A DNA stretch of 64,000 nt. Source: Neophaeotheca triangularis (taxonomy: Eukaryota). Location of the stretch: contig BAAIJX010000006.1 in the NCBI GenBank assembly GCA_054600435.1, positions 62,001 through 126,000 on the forward strand, read 5' to 3'. Position numbers and translations under genes: made by a program. Below, piece after piece: positions 23,431 through 34,938 of the stretch (the stretch's first letter is position 1; the number at the start of each line of letters is the position of its first letter). The notes beneath the pieces are model-generated. The model made no database searches. It was not told the origin of the DNA and was given only the letters and a program-made list of their open reading frames with translations.

Positions 23431-25541
23431 ATGGGCTACGATTACGCATTGGTGTAAGTCGACAAGATACACCTTCCTTTCCCCCTTTCCCATGACACCA
23501 AGACATGCGCATCGTGTCGCAGTCATCTCGGCACTCGCACCTTCAAACTCGACAAGACGACTGACCATGCCTCCACCCTTCCAGGCACCTCACCTACACC
23601 ATCCCGCCCGCTGTCCTCCTCTCCGCCCTCTACTATCCACTATGCACCAAGCTCGATCTCTACAAAATCGCCTTTTTAATCACAATCGCCGTCGTCTCAA
23701 CAATCCCATGGGATAGCTACCTCATCAAGACGGGCGTCTGGTCTTACCCGGAAAATGTCATAATAGGTCCCAAACTGCTCGAAATACCGCTCGAGGAAGT
23801 CTTCTTCTTTGTCATCCAGACGTATGACACCACGCTGCTGTACTTGCTCCTCAGCAAGCCGACGCTGCATCCCACTTATCTGGTCAAAGAGGCGCGCAAT
23901 GATAGGTGGAAATGGATCAAGGTCCTTGGGCAGTTGGGGCTTGCGCTGGGCATCACCAATGGCTTGAAGTTTGTGCGCGCTGAGGGGGAGAGGACGTACC
24001 TAGGGTTGATCATGATATGGGCGCTACCGTTTCTGCTCCTGCTTTGGAGTCTGGCGTACCAATTACTAGTCAATCTACCCTCGACCAACACAGTCCTGCC
24101 CATTGCGCTGCCAACCCTCTACCTCTGGGTCGTCGACACGCTCGCACTGAAAAGAGGGACATGGGTGATTGAACACGGCACCAAAACTGGACTCGAACTC
24201 TGGTCAGGTCTTGAACTAGAAGAAGCCATCTTCTTTCTCCTTACAAACTGCCTCATCGTTTTTGGCCTCGTAGCCTTCGACAACGCCATGGCAATCCTCC
24301 ACATCTTCCCGGCACACTTCCCCTCCGTCCCCTCCGTCCCCTCCCCACTCCTCCTCATCCGCGCCCTCATCCTCCCCTCCGCCGCCTACGATGACGACCG
24401 CATAATCGGCCTGCAACAAGCCGTCGACCGCCTACAAGCCAAATCCCGCAGTTTCTACCTCGCGAGCAGCACCTTCCAAGGCCGCCTCCGCATCGACCTC
24501 ATCCTCCTCTACAGCTTCTGCCGCGTCGCCGACGACCTCATCGACAACGCCTCCTCGGTCCCCGAAGCGCGCGAATGGCTCTCCAAACTGCAAACCCACC
24601 TGGACCACGCCTACAGCCCAGCCAAACCCAACCCCAAAAACCCCTCTTCCCCCGCCCTCTCCGCCACAGACCTCAACCGCGGCCCGGCAACCCTCTATGC
24701 TCTCCAAGCCTTCCCGCCATCCTGCCACCTCACCCTCCTCCTCCTCCCGACCCAGCACCTCTCCAAAACCCCCCTGGACGACCTCCTCCGCGGTTTCGCC
24801 ATGGACCTGGACTTCACCAATTTCGGCAACACGCCCATCCGCAACGAAGCCGACCTAGACCTCTACGCCTCCCGCGTAGCCGGCACCGTCGCCCTCCTCT
24901 GCATCCAGCTCGTCCTCCACCACTACCCAGGCACCCCCAAAACCACAGCCCAAGCCCTCACGAAAGCCGGCCATGACATGGGCGTCGCGCTCCAATACAC
25001 CAACATTGCGCGCGACCTATCCGTCGACGCCACCCTCGACCGCTGCTACCTACCACCCTCGTGGCTCAAAAAGGAAAAATTGACCATGGAGACTTTTATC
25101 AAAAACTTGCAAACCGCCAACACGCTCGTCGACCCCAACGACAAGAAATTTCCCGACGCCTTCTTTTTCCAAAAAGTCTCGACCCTACGTTCGCGCTTGC
25201 TCGACCGCAGCTTCGGCTTCTATCGCGACTCGGTGGCGGCTATCGAATCGCTTCCCCCACCCGCGAGAGCACCTATGCGCGTGGCGGTGGAGAGTTATAT
25301 GCAGATTGCGCGGGAATTGCGCAAGAAGGATTCCTCCGAGGGCAAGGGTGGTAGTAGGGGGGCGATGGGGAGTAATGGGAGTGGTTTAGGTGGGCTGTGG
25401 GCTAAAGTTTTTGGTCGCAGGAATGGAGCCGGGGGTCTGCAAGGTAGGGCGACTGTGCCCGCGTGGCGGAGGGTGTGGGTTGCGTGGCGAGCTTTGAGGG
25501 GACCGGTTGAGGGGCAGGAGGTGGGGGAAGGGGGGAAGTAG
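23431..25541 (+). CDS. carRA: Bifunctional lycopene cyclase / phytoene synthase
   Basis: Exon 1 23431-23453 and intron 23454-23584 give MGYDYALVHLTYTIPP. Cyclase motifs IPLEEVFFF and LEEAIFF; synthase motifs KSRSFYLAS, CRVADDLID and LQYTNIARD. Confidence 0.95.
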
Positions 25542-26115
25542 AGAGTACAGTTGTGGGCTGGAATGGTTATGTTTGGTGGTTTTGAAACTTTGCCGTTTGA
25601 AACCCGGGGGTGTGGAAGGGGAGTGGAAAGAGGTGGAAAGCGAGGCGGGAAAGGGCAAGGAAAGGCCTAAAGGGGTCGCGGGATTTGTACATAACTTTGC
25701 TCTCCCTCCTGCACAGCGCGCGTTTGAAGACTGCTTTGGCATCGGCGGTTTTGTCATTGATTGAGACGGAGAATCGAAAAGGGTGTGGGGATGGAGAGCG
25801 TGTGAGAGCGTGGGGGTTGGAAAGTGTGAGAGCGCGGGAAGGAAGAGTGGAGTCGAGTATGGGAGGAAGTAACACGAAATATCGAAGGAGAAGGAGAAGG
25901 AGTAGGAGTGGAGAATAGCCGGAGGGAAGAGATTTACTTGGGCGAAGGTTGAGGTCAAAGGAGGATTGGAGAGTCGGTGCTGTAGTTGAGGTACTACCCT
26001 TTTCGAGATGGCCTGATAACCAATCGACCGCAGGAAGTCTGTACTTCCAGACGATTCCAAGACGTCTCTTTCTTTCAGGCTTCGAGGGAACACACCTCGC
26101 CTGACTTCACCTCAG

Positions 26116-26148
26116 CTTGTCTTGTCTTGTCTTGTCTTGTCTTGTCTT
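26116..26148. repeat. (CTTGT)6 pentanucleotide microsatellite
   Basis: Directly visible tandem repeat. Confidence 0.95.
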
Positions 26149-26578
26149 ACGGGTAATAGAAGTAGCAATAATACGGACGGGAGGTAATAATACCAGGCAG
26201 CCTATATTTCGGACATTCGGACAAACTGGCCCGGAAAGCAAGCCGGACCCTGCATGCCCCTCCAACGCTGCGGCTTCCCCCACTTGTCAGATGTGCTTTC
26301 GTCCGTGAACCCCACCACGACCCACGATCCCCCTCCTTTACCAAGAATCGGAACGGGCGAGGTCAAAAGGCAAGGTAGGGGAGGTAGACAAAGCTCTCCA
26401 TTCATCTTTAGGTAGGATTATTCAGGATTGAAACTCCTGCTCAACATCTCCACTGCCAGACCAAAGCAGACCAGACCCAATCACCTCAGAGACATCCGTC
26501 AGCATCGTCAATCATCAACAGCGTCAACACCCTCACCCCGAATCCTACCTTCCTTGCCCCCCACCCAAAACCGCAACA

Positions 26579-27934
26579 ATGGCAACCACAGACCCCTCCA
26601 ACCTCCCCGGCGCCCCCGTCGACCCCTCGCAAGCCCAAGGCGCCCAAATCCCACTCCAAACCTTCACCCTCCCAGTCTTCCCCCCAGCAGCCTCAGGTCT
26701 CAAAGCCCTAACCCTCACCTCGGACATCAAAGTAGACGAATACCAAACCGAACTAGGCCAAACCCCCCAAATCCCACCCACCCTGCCCGCGGCAATCGAA
26801 TCCCTAACCCTCGAGCTCTTCAGCCTGGGCTACCCACCCCCCTTTCTCAGCGAGCTCGCGACAAAACTGCCGAACCTCAAGAGCGTAGTCCTGTACTCGC
26901 AACTCTTCGCGGGCATCACGCCAGCCAGCCAGAAAGACGCCATAACCTTTTTCAAAAACCTGCCGAGCTTGCGGGCGTTGCATTTACTCGATGTCTTCGC
27001 GCGGCCGCACTTCTTCTCCGACGCGGCACCCTGGCTGAAGTACTCGACTTCCGAGACGCCTGGGGAGGCGCGCAGGGGTCTGATGTTCTTGGAAGTGAAT
27101 TATACTTTCCGCCACGAGGATGAGGAGTTTATGGGCAAGATACAGGCGACCGAGTTGCCGGAGTTGATTGGGCCGGGACTGATCAGTGTTAGTTTTAATG
27201 TTGCCGCGCCCGAGAAGAGTGATGATCCCGATGATCCCGTGAATATTCGGAGTGGAGGGGGCGAAGGGGAGGGGGAGGGGGAGGATGGTGGGGAGGGCGT
27301 GGGGAGTAAAGAGGGGGTTATGGCTTTCAATAAGAGTTTGGCCAAGGGGCTTGTGGCGGCTTTGACTGAGGAGGAGAGTTACCCGAGGGGTTTGCGGGCG
27401 CTGAATACCACGCTTTACACGCTTACGACGGGGGATTTGAAAACGGTGTTGGCGAGGAATAAGCATGTCATGGTTTTGAATGTTACCGTGGAGATGGAGC
27501 CCGGGGAAGAGTGTAAAAAGGAAATGTTGGAGGCGCTGCGCCAGTGTGACAATGTCGAGCAAATCGAGATAGTCGCCAACCCGAGTTTGCAGTTTTTCAT
27601 GGCGGTGAGTATTCCTCTACGTTGGAGCTATCCATTCTACATGGAGCTACTTCCCTCTCTCCCTACTCATTCGCTCGCTGCATGCTGCTGAGCGAAGTAC
27701 TCGGATGCTGACTCTGTGATACTGCAGATGCAAAACCCCCGTTCCGGCGTGCTCTCGAAAACCTTCCCGTCCATCGAGGATATGGATGCTCTCAGTAGCA
27801 AGTGCGGCAAGCTGACTTCGTTCAAGGTGAATGTGCTGCGGACGACGAGTCTTGGTACCGTCGAATGGGAGCGAAAGGATGGCAAGTGGACCGGTGGTGT
27901 GAAGGAGGGAAAAGGCGTGTCGCAGAGCTCGTAA
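26579..27934 (+). CDS. Hypothetical protein with LRR/RNI-like repeats
   Basis: Exons 26579-27604 and 27728-27934 (intron gtgagt...gctgac...ctgcag, phase 0). Recurrent LxxLxL motifs such as LKALTL, IESLTL, LPNLKSVVL, LPSLRALHL and LTSFKV. Confidence 0.75.
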
Positions 27935-29393
27935 CAGTGAAGGGTCTCCTAGGTAGCCGTTGAGATGACGCGTCAAGTTCAAGGAATCAAGCCCATCGGG
28001 TACCTACCTGGTACTCAGCAACGTCCTTCTTACTCATGACAATAAAGAAGGCAGGTCGAGGACATCTTAGGACTCGCCACAGGGTACTTAAGCTGCCTTC
28101 CCACCTCTGCACTCCTTCAATAACATCCACTTCACTTTTTTCAACCCACTTTACACACAACAGTCTGCACCAGCAAAGCGAATATCCCATAGCCAACATA
28201 GATGCCAGCGAGTGATCTACCCAGACCGCAGTGCTCCAAGTCGGTCTCCAAGCGCAGCGCGAGCGAAGCGAACCCCAGTACTACCGACCTCCAGCAAGAT
28301 GTCAAGACGCTTACGGACCGGAATGTCCACTTCGATCCAGGGCAACAACCACAGAGCTCCCCGGGGTGGTCAGCGAGTAAGGGTCATACTCGGGCACCTC
28401 GCTCGTCTTGACGGAGGTAGGTAGTTTTATTCGCTCGAGGTGGGGCGTCAGAAAGTGCTCGCTCACTCGTTGCCAGTGTCTTGGTAGTGAATCGGTTGCT
28501 CGCTCGCTCGCCCGGAGGTAACTGACAGGGAGTGTTTGCTCGCTAGGATTGGGTGGTCACTGGTTGTCGGCCTGCAGGCTTCACTGATTTGTTGACCTGA
28601 GAACGGCAGTTATGCCTTAGCCACCTATGGTATTGACGCTCCTGGCGGCTGTGGCTTCGACCTTACCTACCTACCTACCTACCTGCCTACCAACCTACCA
28701 CCCTCCCCCCCCCCCCGAGCAGATTCAGCACCTCCGAGCGAGCAGACCTCTTTGCTCGCTCGCTCGTCAAAGACGTGACCTTCTGCTCGTTCGCTAGGTG
28801 TGGGTCGAGCGAGCCGAGCACGAGCAGGCTGCTCGCTCGCTGACCACCCTAGAGCTCCTTCCCACGTGCCTGAAACTACTCGTCCATGGATCTCGATATC
28901 GGCCGGGCAGCACTGTATTAGAGCATGAGTACGTAGCTTCCTCTGGACCGTTGCAAATATCGAAGCACTGGCTCATAGTTGACAAAGCGATATTACTCGT
29001 CAACACCAAGACCGACCTCATCTTTGCCCTTCACTCGCTGTCATCAATTATAGAAAGCACCTGCGAGATTCTTTGAACCTTGAACCCAAAAACTCGTCAA
29101 TACGCTCCTTTGCGAATTTCCCTTGTTTGAACCCTTGGTCTTGACCTTTTGCCGACGAACACACCACACTGATTGCTGGCAGGCACAACTTGATTTGTTG
29201 CTTCGATTCTTTCATCCCTTCTTCCAAGTGCTACCATTAAGCTACCCGGACGAGCCACTACCAGCTGGACTCGATCGACTTGACAAGGACATACAGACTC
29301 CGAAAAAAAGAGCTCTTGTACTTTCACTTCATTTTCCTATACCACCAGCCATCTTTCCACTTGCTCTTCCCACACACTCGAACCAACTCAACC

Positions 29394-30332
29394 ATGCCTC
29401 CCAGAACCAGCAACTCAACTCTGCACGCCAAAGCTGCTCTAGCCAAAGCAACGACGGGTTCCAAACCCGCTCCGGCAAAGCCAAAAGCAAGCAAGGCCAA
29501 GACCGTCGCTCTCTCCAAAGATCGCATCACTCAATCGCCTGAGCCAAGCGACGAAGGCGCTTCGTCGAAAGCTTTGGGAGACGCCGGGATGGATTCGGAA
29601 GCTGAAGCTACTGCTACTGCTGCAGTGAAGAAGAGCTTCACGCCGGACGATGAAGGAGATTGGGATGGCCGGTTCGGTTCTTCAAAAGCCGCGAGTGAGG
29701 CCGAGAACGAATCGCAAGATGACGAACCGGCCACTGTTGGCGTCAAGAGTGGCCTCGTTGAAGATGCCGAGGATGTAGAGGCAGACTGGAACGGCAGGTT
29801 TGGCTCGGACGACGAAATGGCTCCTGTCAACGTAGGGTTGAGACACGGCGAGAGCGAAGATGAGGCTAGAGAGGAGGATGAGAAAGAAGACTCATCTGAG
29901 GAAGAGCCAGCCTCCACCTTTGCCGATAATCCCTTTGCACAAGAGGAAAAGGAAAAGGCGAAACCCAGGAGCCTGAACGCGAAACGCCGTGCCGCAGCTG
30001 AGAAGAAGGCTGCAAAATTGGCTGCAGACAAGACCTACAGCACCGGCAAGCCTATAACCACACAGCAAAAGATCCGCAAGGCAGAAGCTGATAAAGAGGC
30101 CAAGAAGAAAGGTCCGAAGAAGGCCAACGCAAAGACAGCCGAGAAGCCCAAGGCAGCGAAGAAGGCCTCGCCATCGAGTAAAGGAAAGAAGTCCACCAAG
30201 GGCACTGCAGCCGAATATTCGACACCTATGAGCAGCGTGATCAATGCCCTCACCTCGGGCGCCGGCGCCCAGGTCCTCTCAGTCCAAACGCCCGCAAGCT
30301 CCACGACCCAGCGTGTTGATCCGTGGAACTGA
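29394..30332 (+). CDS. Low-complexity acidic/Lys-rich ORF, possibly the 5' part of a gene continuing in the next ORF
   Basis: ATG in caaccATG context and a long open frame. Duplicated DW(D/N)GRFGS motif. Stops inside the overlapping +1-frame ORF. Confidence 0.55.
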   Translation: MPPRTSNSTLHAKAALAKATTGSKPAPAKPKASKAKTVALSKDRITQSPEPSDEGASSKALGDAGMDSEAEATATAAVKKSFTPDDEGDWDGRFGSSKAASEAENESQDDEPATVGVKSGLVEDAEDVEADWNGRFGSDDEMAPVNVGLRHGESEDEAREEDEKEDSSEEEPASTFADNPFAQEEKEKAKPRSLNAKRRAAAEKKAAKLAADKTYSTGKPITTQQKIRKAEADKEAKKKGPKKANAKTAEKPKAAKKASPSSKGKKSTKGTAAEYSTPMSSVINALTSGAGAQVLSVQTPASSTTQRVDPWN

Positions 30333-31158
30333 AACTTCAAAAGCTTACTGCAGGAAGAACGCCGCGACAGTCAAAAACTATGCCGACTTGATGGCGACCT
30401 GGATGGCACCCTTCCGTCTAATGGAACTGCCCGCCGAACTCCGTAACCGTATCTGGACTTTCGTAGTCGTCAAACCAGCTACCTTCGTCTACCCACATGT
30501 GAAGACCGATCAAGAGCAGCCGGATCTTGCCCAAGTCAGCCGTCAGGTGCGTAGCGAGGTGTTGCCGATTTTCTACGGGCACAACATCTTCGCGCTGAGT
30601 TTCTCGAACGTGGGCCAGGATGCTCCGAACACCACGGGAGTAATGACGGCCAATGGGTCGACCGACATCGCGGATCAGTGGGCTGCGGCGCTCAATAGGA
30701 AGGGCAAGCTCAGCGCGAACGCCGACCCCAGCGTCAGTCAGGACTGGTTTGGCCTGATGCGGCACTGGGCTTTCTGGATCGGGATCGAGGTATCACCACC
30801 CATCGCGACCGCACCCATGCTCCCTCGCGGCTCCCGCGAGATTGAAGAATGCCTCATCACCATCACTTTCCCGACGGCCAACGAACGCGGTGCTTTCTGC
30901 GCAGTCCACTCGGATGCCGTGTGCGTACTCCCGATAATCTTCGAACATCCTGAGGCCTGCAACACAAAGGAATTACCTGGATGGGTGAAGAAGATTCTGC
31001 TCAGGGCGGGTTTGGGGCCGGAGAAATGTGGGAGCCGGGTCAAGAGGTGGCAGGTCGCGGAGTTGTCTGGGGCATTTCAGAACAATGCTACGGCTCTTAT
31101 GCATTTGAAGTGTGAGAAGGTCGTTGCTAGTATTGAGGGTGGGGCGGTTGGAGAGTAG
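30244..31158 (+). CDS. F-box-like/2EXR-type domain protein; start uncertain
   Basis: PFRLMELPAELRNRIW and QPDLAQVSRQVRSEVLPIFYGHN, a typical fungal F-box-like signature. Confidence 0.65.
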   Translation: MPSPRAPAPRSSQSKRPQAPRPSVLIRGTETSKAYCRKNAATVKNYADLMATWMAPFRLMELPAELRNRIWTFVVVKPATFVYPHVKTDQEQPDLAQVSRQVRSEVLPIFYGHNIFALSFSNVGQDAPNTTGVMTANGSTDIADQWAAALNRKGKLSANADPSVSQDWFGLMRHWAFWIGIEVSPPIATAPMLPRGSREIEECLITITFPTANERGAFCAVHSDAVCVLPIIFEHPEACNTKELPGWVKKILLRAGLGPEKCGSRVKRWQVAELSGAFQNNATALMHLKCEKVVASIEGGAVGE

Positions 31159-31439
31159 TTCTCCAAATGCAAGGGACGAGCAGAGTGCTCGCGGATGCCT
31201 GGCGTGCGGTGGTGCTTGTTCTGACGTACCAGAACTGCGAGTGATCACCTCTGGTGAAACTTCAACTAGGGTACCGGGCGACCCTATGGGTCCGGGCAGA
31301 ACAAGGGGGCTGTCGCGGAAATGGACGGCAGCATTATGTGATGTAGCAACAGCCATATCAGTAGCAGTCATGATCCTGGGTATATAGCGCCGGGAAGCAA
31401 ACCAAACCAACTCAAAAAATTCCTTCCATCCCAGCCCAC

Positions 31440-32171
31440 TCAAAACCCCTTCAAAAACCCCTTGACCCTCTTCTTCTGCTCCTCAACGCCCCATCCCTCC
31501 TCATCACACATAACCAAAAGTCTCCCAATCCCCAAAACCTCCGCCACACTGCCCGCATCGACCCAAACCCTCCCATTCCTCCCCACCGCAACCTCAAACC
31601 GACACTTGTCCCCCACAGCCTCCAAAACGACAACACCCCCTCTCTTCCCACCCAACATCAAACGTCTCGCGAAACCGGGAGAAACCTCCCAAACCATGCC
31701 CCCCTTCAACGGACCCATGCCCTCCGCCTTCCCCGTCGCCGAATTCACACACTCCACCTCCACCTCCTCACCCCTCTTCCCCGCAGTCTTAACTCTGGCA
31801 TACACCAAATCCCCCGACTTGAGCTGCGGCCGCGTCTTCCTGCTCGCGTTCTCGAAACTCAACTGCCCCAGCAGCGCAAAAGGCGTGTGCGGTGTCAGAG
31901 CGCAGTGGTAGAGGTCGGTGCTCGAGTGGTGGATTTGCGCGATGACGAGGTCGCCGACGGAAGGCTGGTAGCGGGTTGTGGAGGCGCTTTCCAGCCAGGT
32001 GGCCGCTTTTTTGGCGTCTGTTTGTAGCGTGCCGGCTGTTGTTGTGGTTATTGTTGAGGGCGGAGTGTGTAGGAGGCCTGGGCCTAGGGTTAGGGTGCCG
32101 GAGGAGGTTTTGGGGGTTGGGAGACTGGTTGAGGGGACCGGTTCGCCTGGGAGTTGGATTTGCGTTGCCAT
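31440..32171 (-). CDS. RRP40: Exosome complex component Rrp40 (S1/KH)
   Basis: RYQPSVGDLVIAQI, FENASRKTRPQLKSGDLVYARV and FEVAVGRNGRVWV. Start assigned to MATQIQLPGE. Confidence 0.9.
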   Translation of the reverse strand: MATQIQLPGEPVPSTSLPTPKTSSGTLTLGPGLLHTPPSTITTTTAGTLQTDAKKAATWLESASTTRYQPSVGDLVIAQIHHSSTDLYHCALTPHTPFALLGQLSFENASRKTRPQLKSGDLVYARVKTAGKRGEEVEVECVNSATGKAEGMGPLKGGMVWEVSPGFARRLMLGGKRGGVVVLEAVGDKCRFEVAVGRNGRVWVDAGSVAEVLGIGRLLVMCDEEGWGVEEQKKRVKGFLKGF

Positions 32172-32391
32172 TCTGGTTGATGAGGAAGGGTGGGTTTGGT
32201 GTGTCTTTGGTTTTGGAATGGGTTTTGGAGGGGGTGAAGTTGGAGGGCGATGGGTTTTGCTCGGCTTCTTCCGAGACCCTTTGACGGGCTGCTGCTGGAA
32301 TTTTTTGGGACATACTTGCACTTGGAGAACATCTTGTATCTCGCCTACTTTCTTGTTACAACCACTTTACCTTTTACACATAATACACAAA

Positions 32392-34155
32392 ATGAGCGCA
32401 GAAGACGGAATCGAGGGCGCAACCTCCATGAGGACCGTCATTGGCCTCGCCTTTGGCAACACCAACAGCAGCATTGCCTACACTGGCTCGGATGGGAAGG
32501 TCGAAGTGATTGCCAACGAGGAGGGTGACAGGCAGATCCCTTCCACCCTCTCCTACGTCTCCGGCGAAGAGTTCCAGGGCACACAAGCGAAGGCTCAACT
32601 CGTCCGGAATCCTCGCAACACCATCGCCTTTTTCCGTGACTTCCTGGGCAAGACCTTCGATGGCATCGACCCTACACCATGCCATGCTAGCGCGCACCCC
32701 CAGAAGTACTTGGAGAAGGGTGTCGGTTTCTCTGTTCAGACAGAGGCTCCTCCGGAAGATGACGAGAGCAAAGAGGTGGAGAAGAGCGAGCTTTCTGTCG
32801 ATGAAGTTACAACTAGGCACTTGCGCCGACTGAAACAGTCGGCCTCTGACTACCTGGGCAAGAGCGTGAATGCCGCAGTTCTGACAGTTCCCTCTGACTT
32901 TAGCGACTCGCAAAAGGCCGCTCTTTCCAACGCCGCCACCTCTGCGGGTATCGAGGTCCTGCAGTTCATTCCCGAGCCCATCTCCGCCCTCCTGGCCAAC
33001 GACGCCAAACAGCAGCTCGAAAACTCCGCAAAGGACTCCTCCGCCGCCTCAGACCAGCAAGACAAGACTATTCTTGTTGCAGACCTCGGAGGCACCCGTT
33101 CCGACATCTCCGTTGTAGCCAGCCGAGGCGGCATGTACACCACCCTGGCCACTACCCACGACTACTCCCTCGGTGGCAGCAGCCTCGACAAAGTCCTCGT
33201 CGAGTACGCCGCCAAAGAATTCCTCAAAAAGCACAAGTCCGCCAGTGACCCACGTTCCACCGAGCGCAGCCTGGCAAAACTCACCCTCGAAGCCGAAGCC
33301 GTGAAGAAGTCCCTCTCCCTCGGTGCTACCGCCTCCTTCTCCCTCGAATCCCTCATCGATGGCCTCGATTACTCCCTCAGCGTCAACCGCACGCGCTACG
33401 AACTGCTCGCCGGCAAGACATTCCAAGCCTTCACCCGCTTGATCGAGTCGTGCGTGCAGAAAGCCGGCCTCGACGTCCTAGACATCGACACCATCCTCCT
33501 CACCGGCGGAACCGCACACACCCCTAAGATCGCCACGAGCTTGCAATCCCACTTCCCGGAGAGCACCCTCGTCATGGCGCCCGCCTCAAACTCCGCCGCC
33601 GTCAACCCTTCCGAACTCGGTGCCCGCGGTGCCGCTATCCAAGCCAGCCTCATCTCCGAATTCGAGGCCAAGGAGATCGAAGCCAGCACCGAGGCCGTCG
33701 TCACTGTCACCCCCCACCTCTCCAGCGCCATCGGTCTCGTCGGCGAGGGCGACTCCTTCCACCCAATCGTTGAAGCGAACACCGCCGTCCCCGTCCGCCG
33801 CACCGCGCAGATTCCCGTCAAAGCCGGCGGCGACGTCCTCATCCGCCTTGCCGAGGGCTCGAGCGAGATCAAGGTCTCGACTGTCGAGAAGCCCGCCGCC
33901 AACGGCGAGAAGAGCAAGGACGACGAGGACAGCGATGACGACAGCGACGACGAGCCCGAGGAGAAGAGAGAGAAGGTCTGGAAGGCTGGCAAGGTTCTGG
34001 CCGAGGCCGCCGTGAAGGAGGTCAAGAAGGGCGGCAAGGTCGAGGTGCAGGTTTCCGTCACCGCGGATCTGGCCGTGACGCTGGTGTGCAGGGAAGTTGG
34101 CGGCAAGGGAGGCGTCCGGGGGAACTTGGAGGGCGTGCAGACGAACGGCGCGTAA
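32392..34155 (+). CDS. SSZ1: Atypical Hsp70 of the ribosome-associated complex
   Basis: VIGLAFGNTNSSIA, VIANEEGDRQIPS and DLGGTRSD. Lacks the C-terminal lid/EEVD and has an acidic loop near the C-terminus. Confidence 0.9.
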   Translation: MSAEDGIEGATSMRTVIGLAFGNTNSSIAYTGSDGKVEVIANEEGDRQIPSTLSYVSGEEFQGTQAKAQLVRNPRNTIAFFRDFLGKTFDGIDPTPCHASAHPQKYLEKGVGFSVQTEAPPEDDESKEVEKSELSVDEVTTRHLRRLKQSASDYLGKSVNAAVLTVPSDFSDSQKAALSNAATSAGIEVLQFIPEPISALLANDAKQQLENSAKDSSAASDQQDKTILVADLGGTRSDISVVASRGGMYTTLATTHDYSLGGSSLDKVLVEYAAKEFLKKHKSASDPRSTERSLAKLTLEAEAVKKSLSLGATASFSLESLIDGLDYSLSVNRTRYELLAGKTFQAFTRLIESCVQKAGLDVLDIDTILLTGGTAHTPKIATSLQSHFPESTLVMAPASNSAAVNPSELGARGAAIQASLISEFEAKEIEASTEAVVTVTPHLSSAIGLVGEGDSFHPIVEANTAVPVRRTAQIPVKAGGDVLIRLAEGSSEIKVSTVEKPAANGEKSKDDEDSDDDSDDEPEEKREKVWKAGKVLAEAAVKEVKKGGKVEVQVSVTADLAVTLVCREVGGKGGVRGNLEGVQTNGA

Positions 34156-34938
34156 GGGAGGCACTTTGAAGGGAAAAGTCGACTTTAGTGGAAGGATCTT
34201 GTGAAAGCTGTTGGGGCATTGCTTGGGCGTTTTGCTGCCTTTTCAGGGACGAAAGGTTTGAGTCTTGCTCTATCGCCTGGCTATGCTTGACTGCCATTGC
34301 GAATGCTGGTGGACATGTGTACGAGGTAGCGAAGGAACGGGAGATAGACAGCGTGATACAGATCGGTTTCTAGCGCCTACTTGTTTGCTTTCCTGCTCTA
34401 CCAAATCACCAAAATCTTTTGTACCTTCATGTCAACCTCATGAGACCCTCTTGTGGGGCGCCGAGGGTAAAACCTACTGTTAGAATTGAAGCTATTGCTG
34501 GTATTCGGGGTCGAAAGATACGACATCACGGCTTTCTAGGCACTCCCACTTCGTATCAAAAAGTATTTATTGGTGCTCTTGTAAATGAATCCTGACGTCA
34601 AATCATCTCCTCGAGACGAGCTCACAGGTCTTTCCTTTCATAACTCGCCAGGAGGACCGCCTCAAGCCCATCAGAGAAGTCAAAGCTTTCACATCCACCT
34701 CTCTCGGCGCTCAAAGCTGTCGAAAAATTGTCTCGATTGCACAAGAGACTCAAGCTCGTGAAGCTCCTGAGCGTTCCCGGCGCCTTGTGGCACCTCAAAA
34801 AACGTCCCTCTACTAGCGCCGGCTGCATCCGACCAATCGCGCATTCATCAGATATAATCAGCCTACATGGAACTCCATTCGGTACTCCTACTACTGTCCC
34901 GCCACAGGACAAACATCTCGGGCGCCCAACTCTTAAAA

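Noticed and set aside
25386..26093. 235-aa minus-strand ORF overlapping the carRA 3' end
   Set aside because: Low-complexity product of the G/A-rich 3' UTR; non-ATG start and no recognisable features.
31978..32391. N-terminal 138-aa extension of the SSZ1 ORF
   Set aside because: Begins at a non-ATG codon and overlaps RRP40 antisense; the real start is MSAEDG at 32392.
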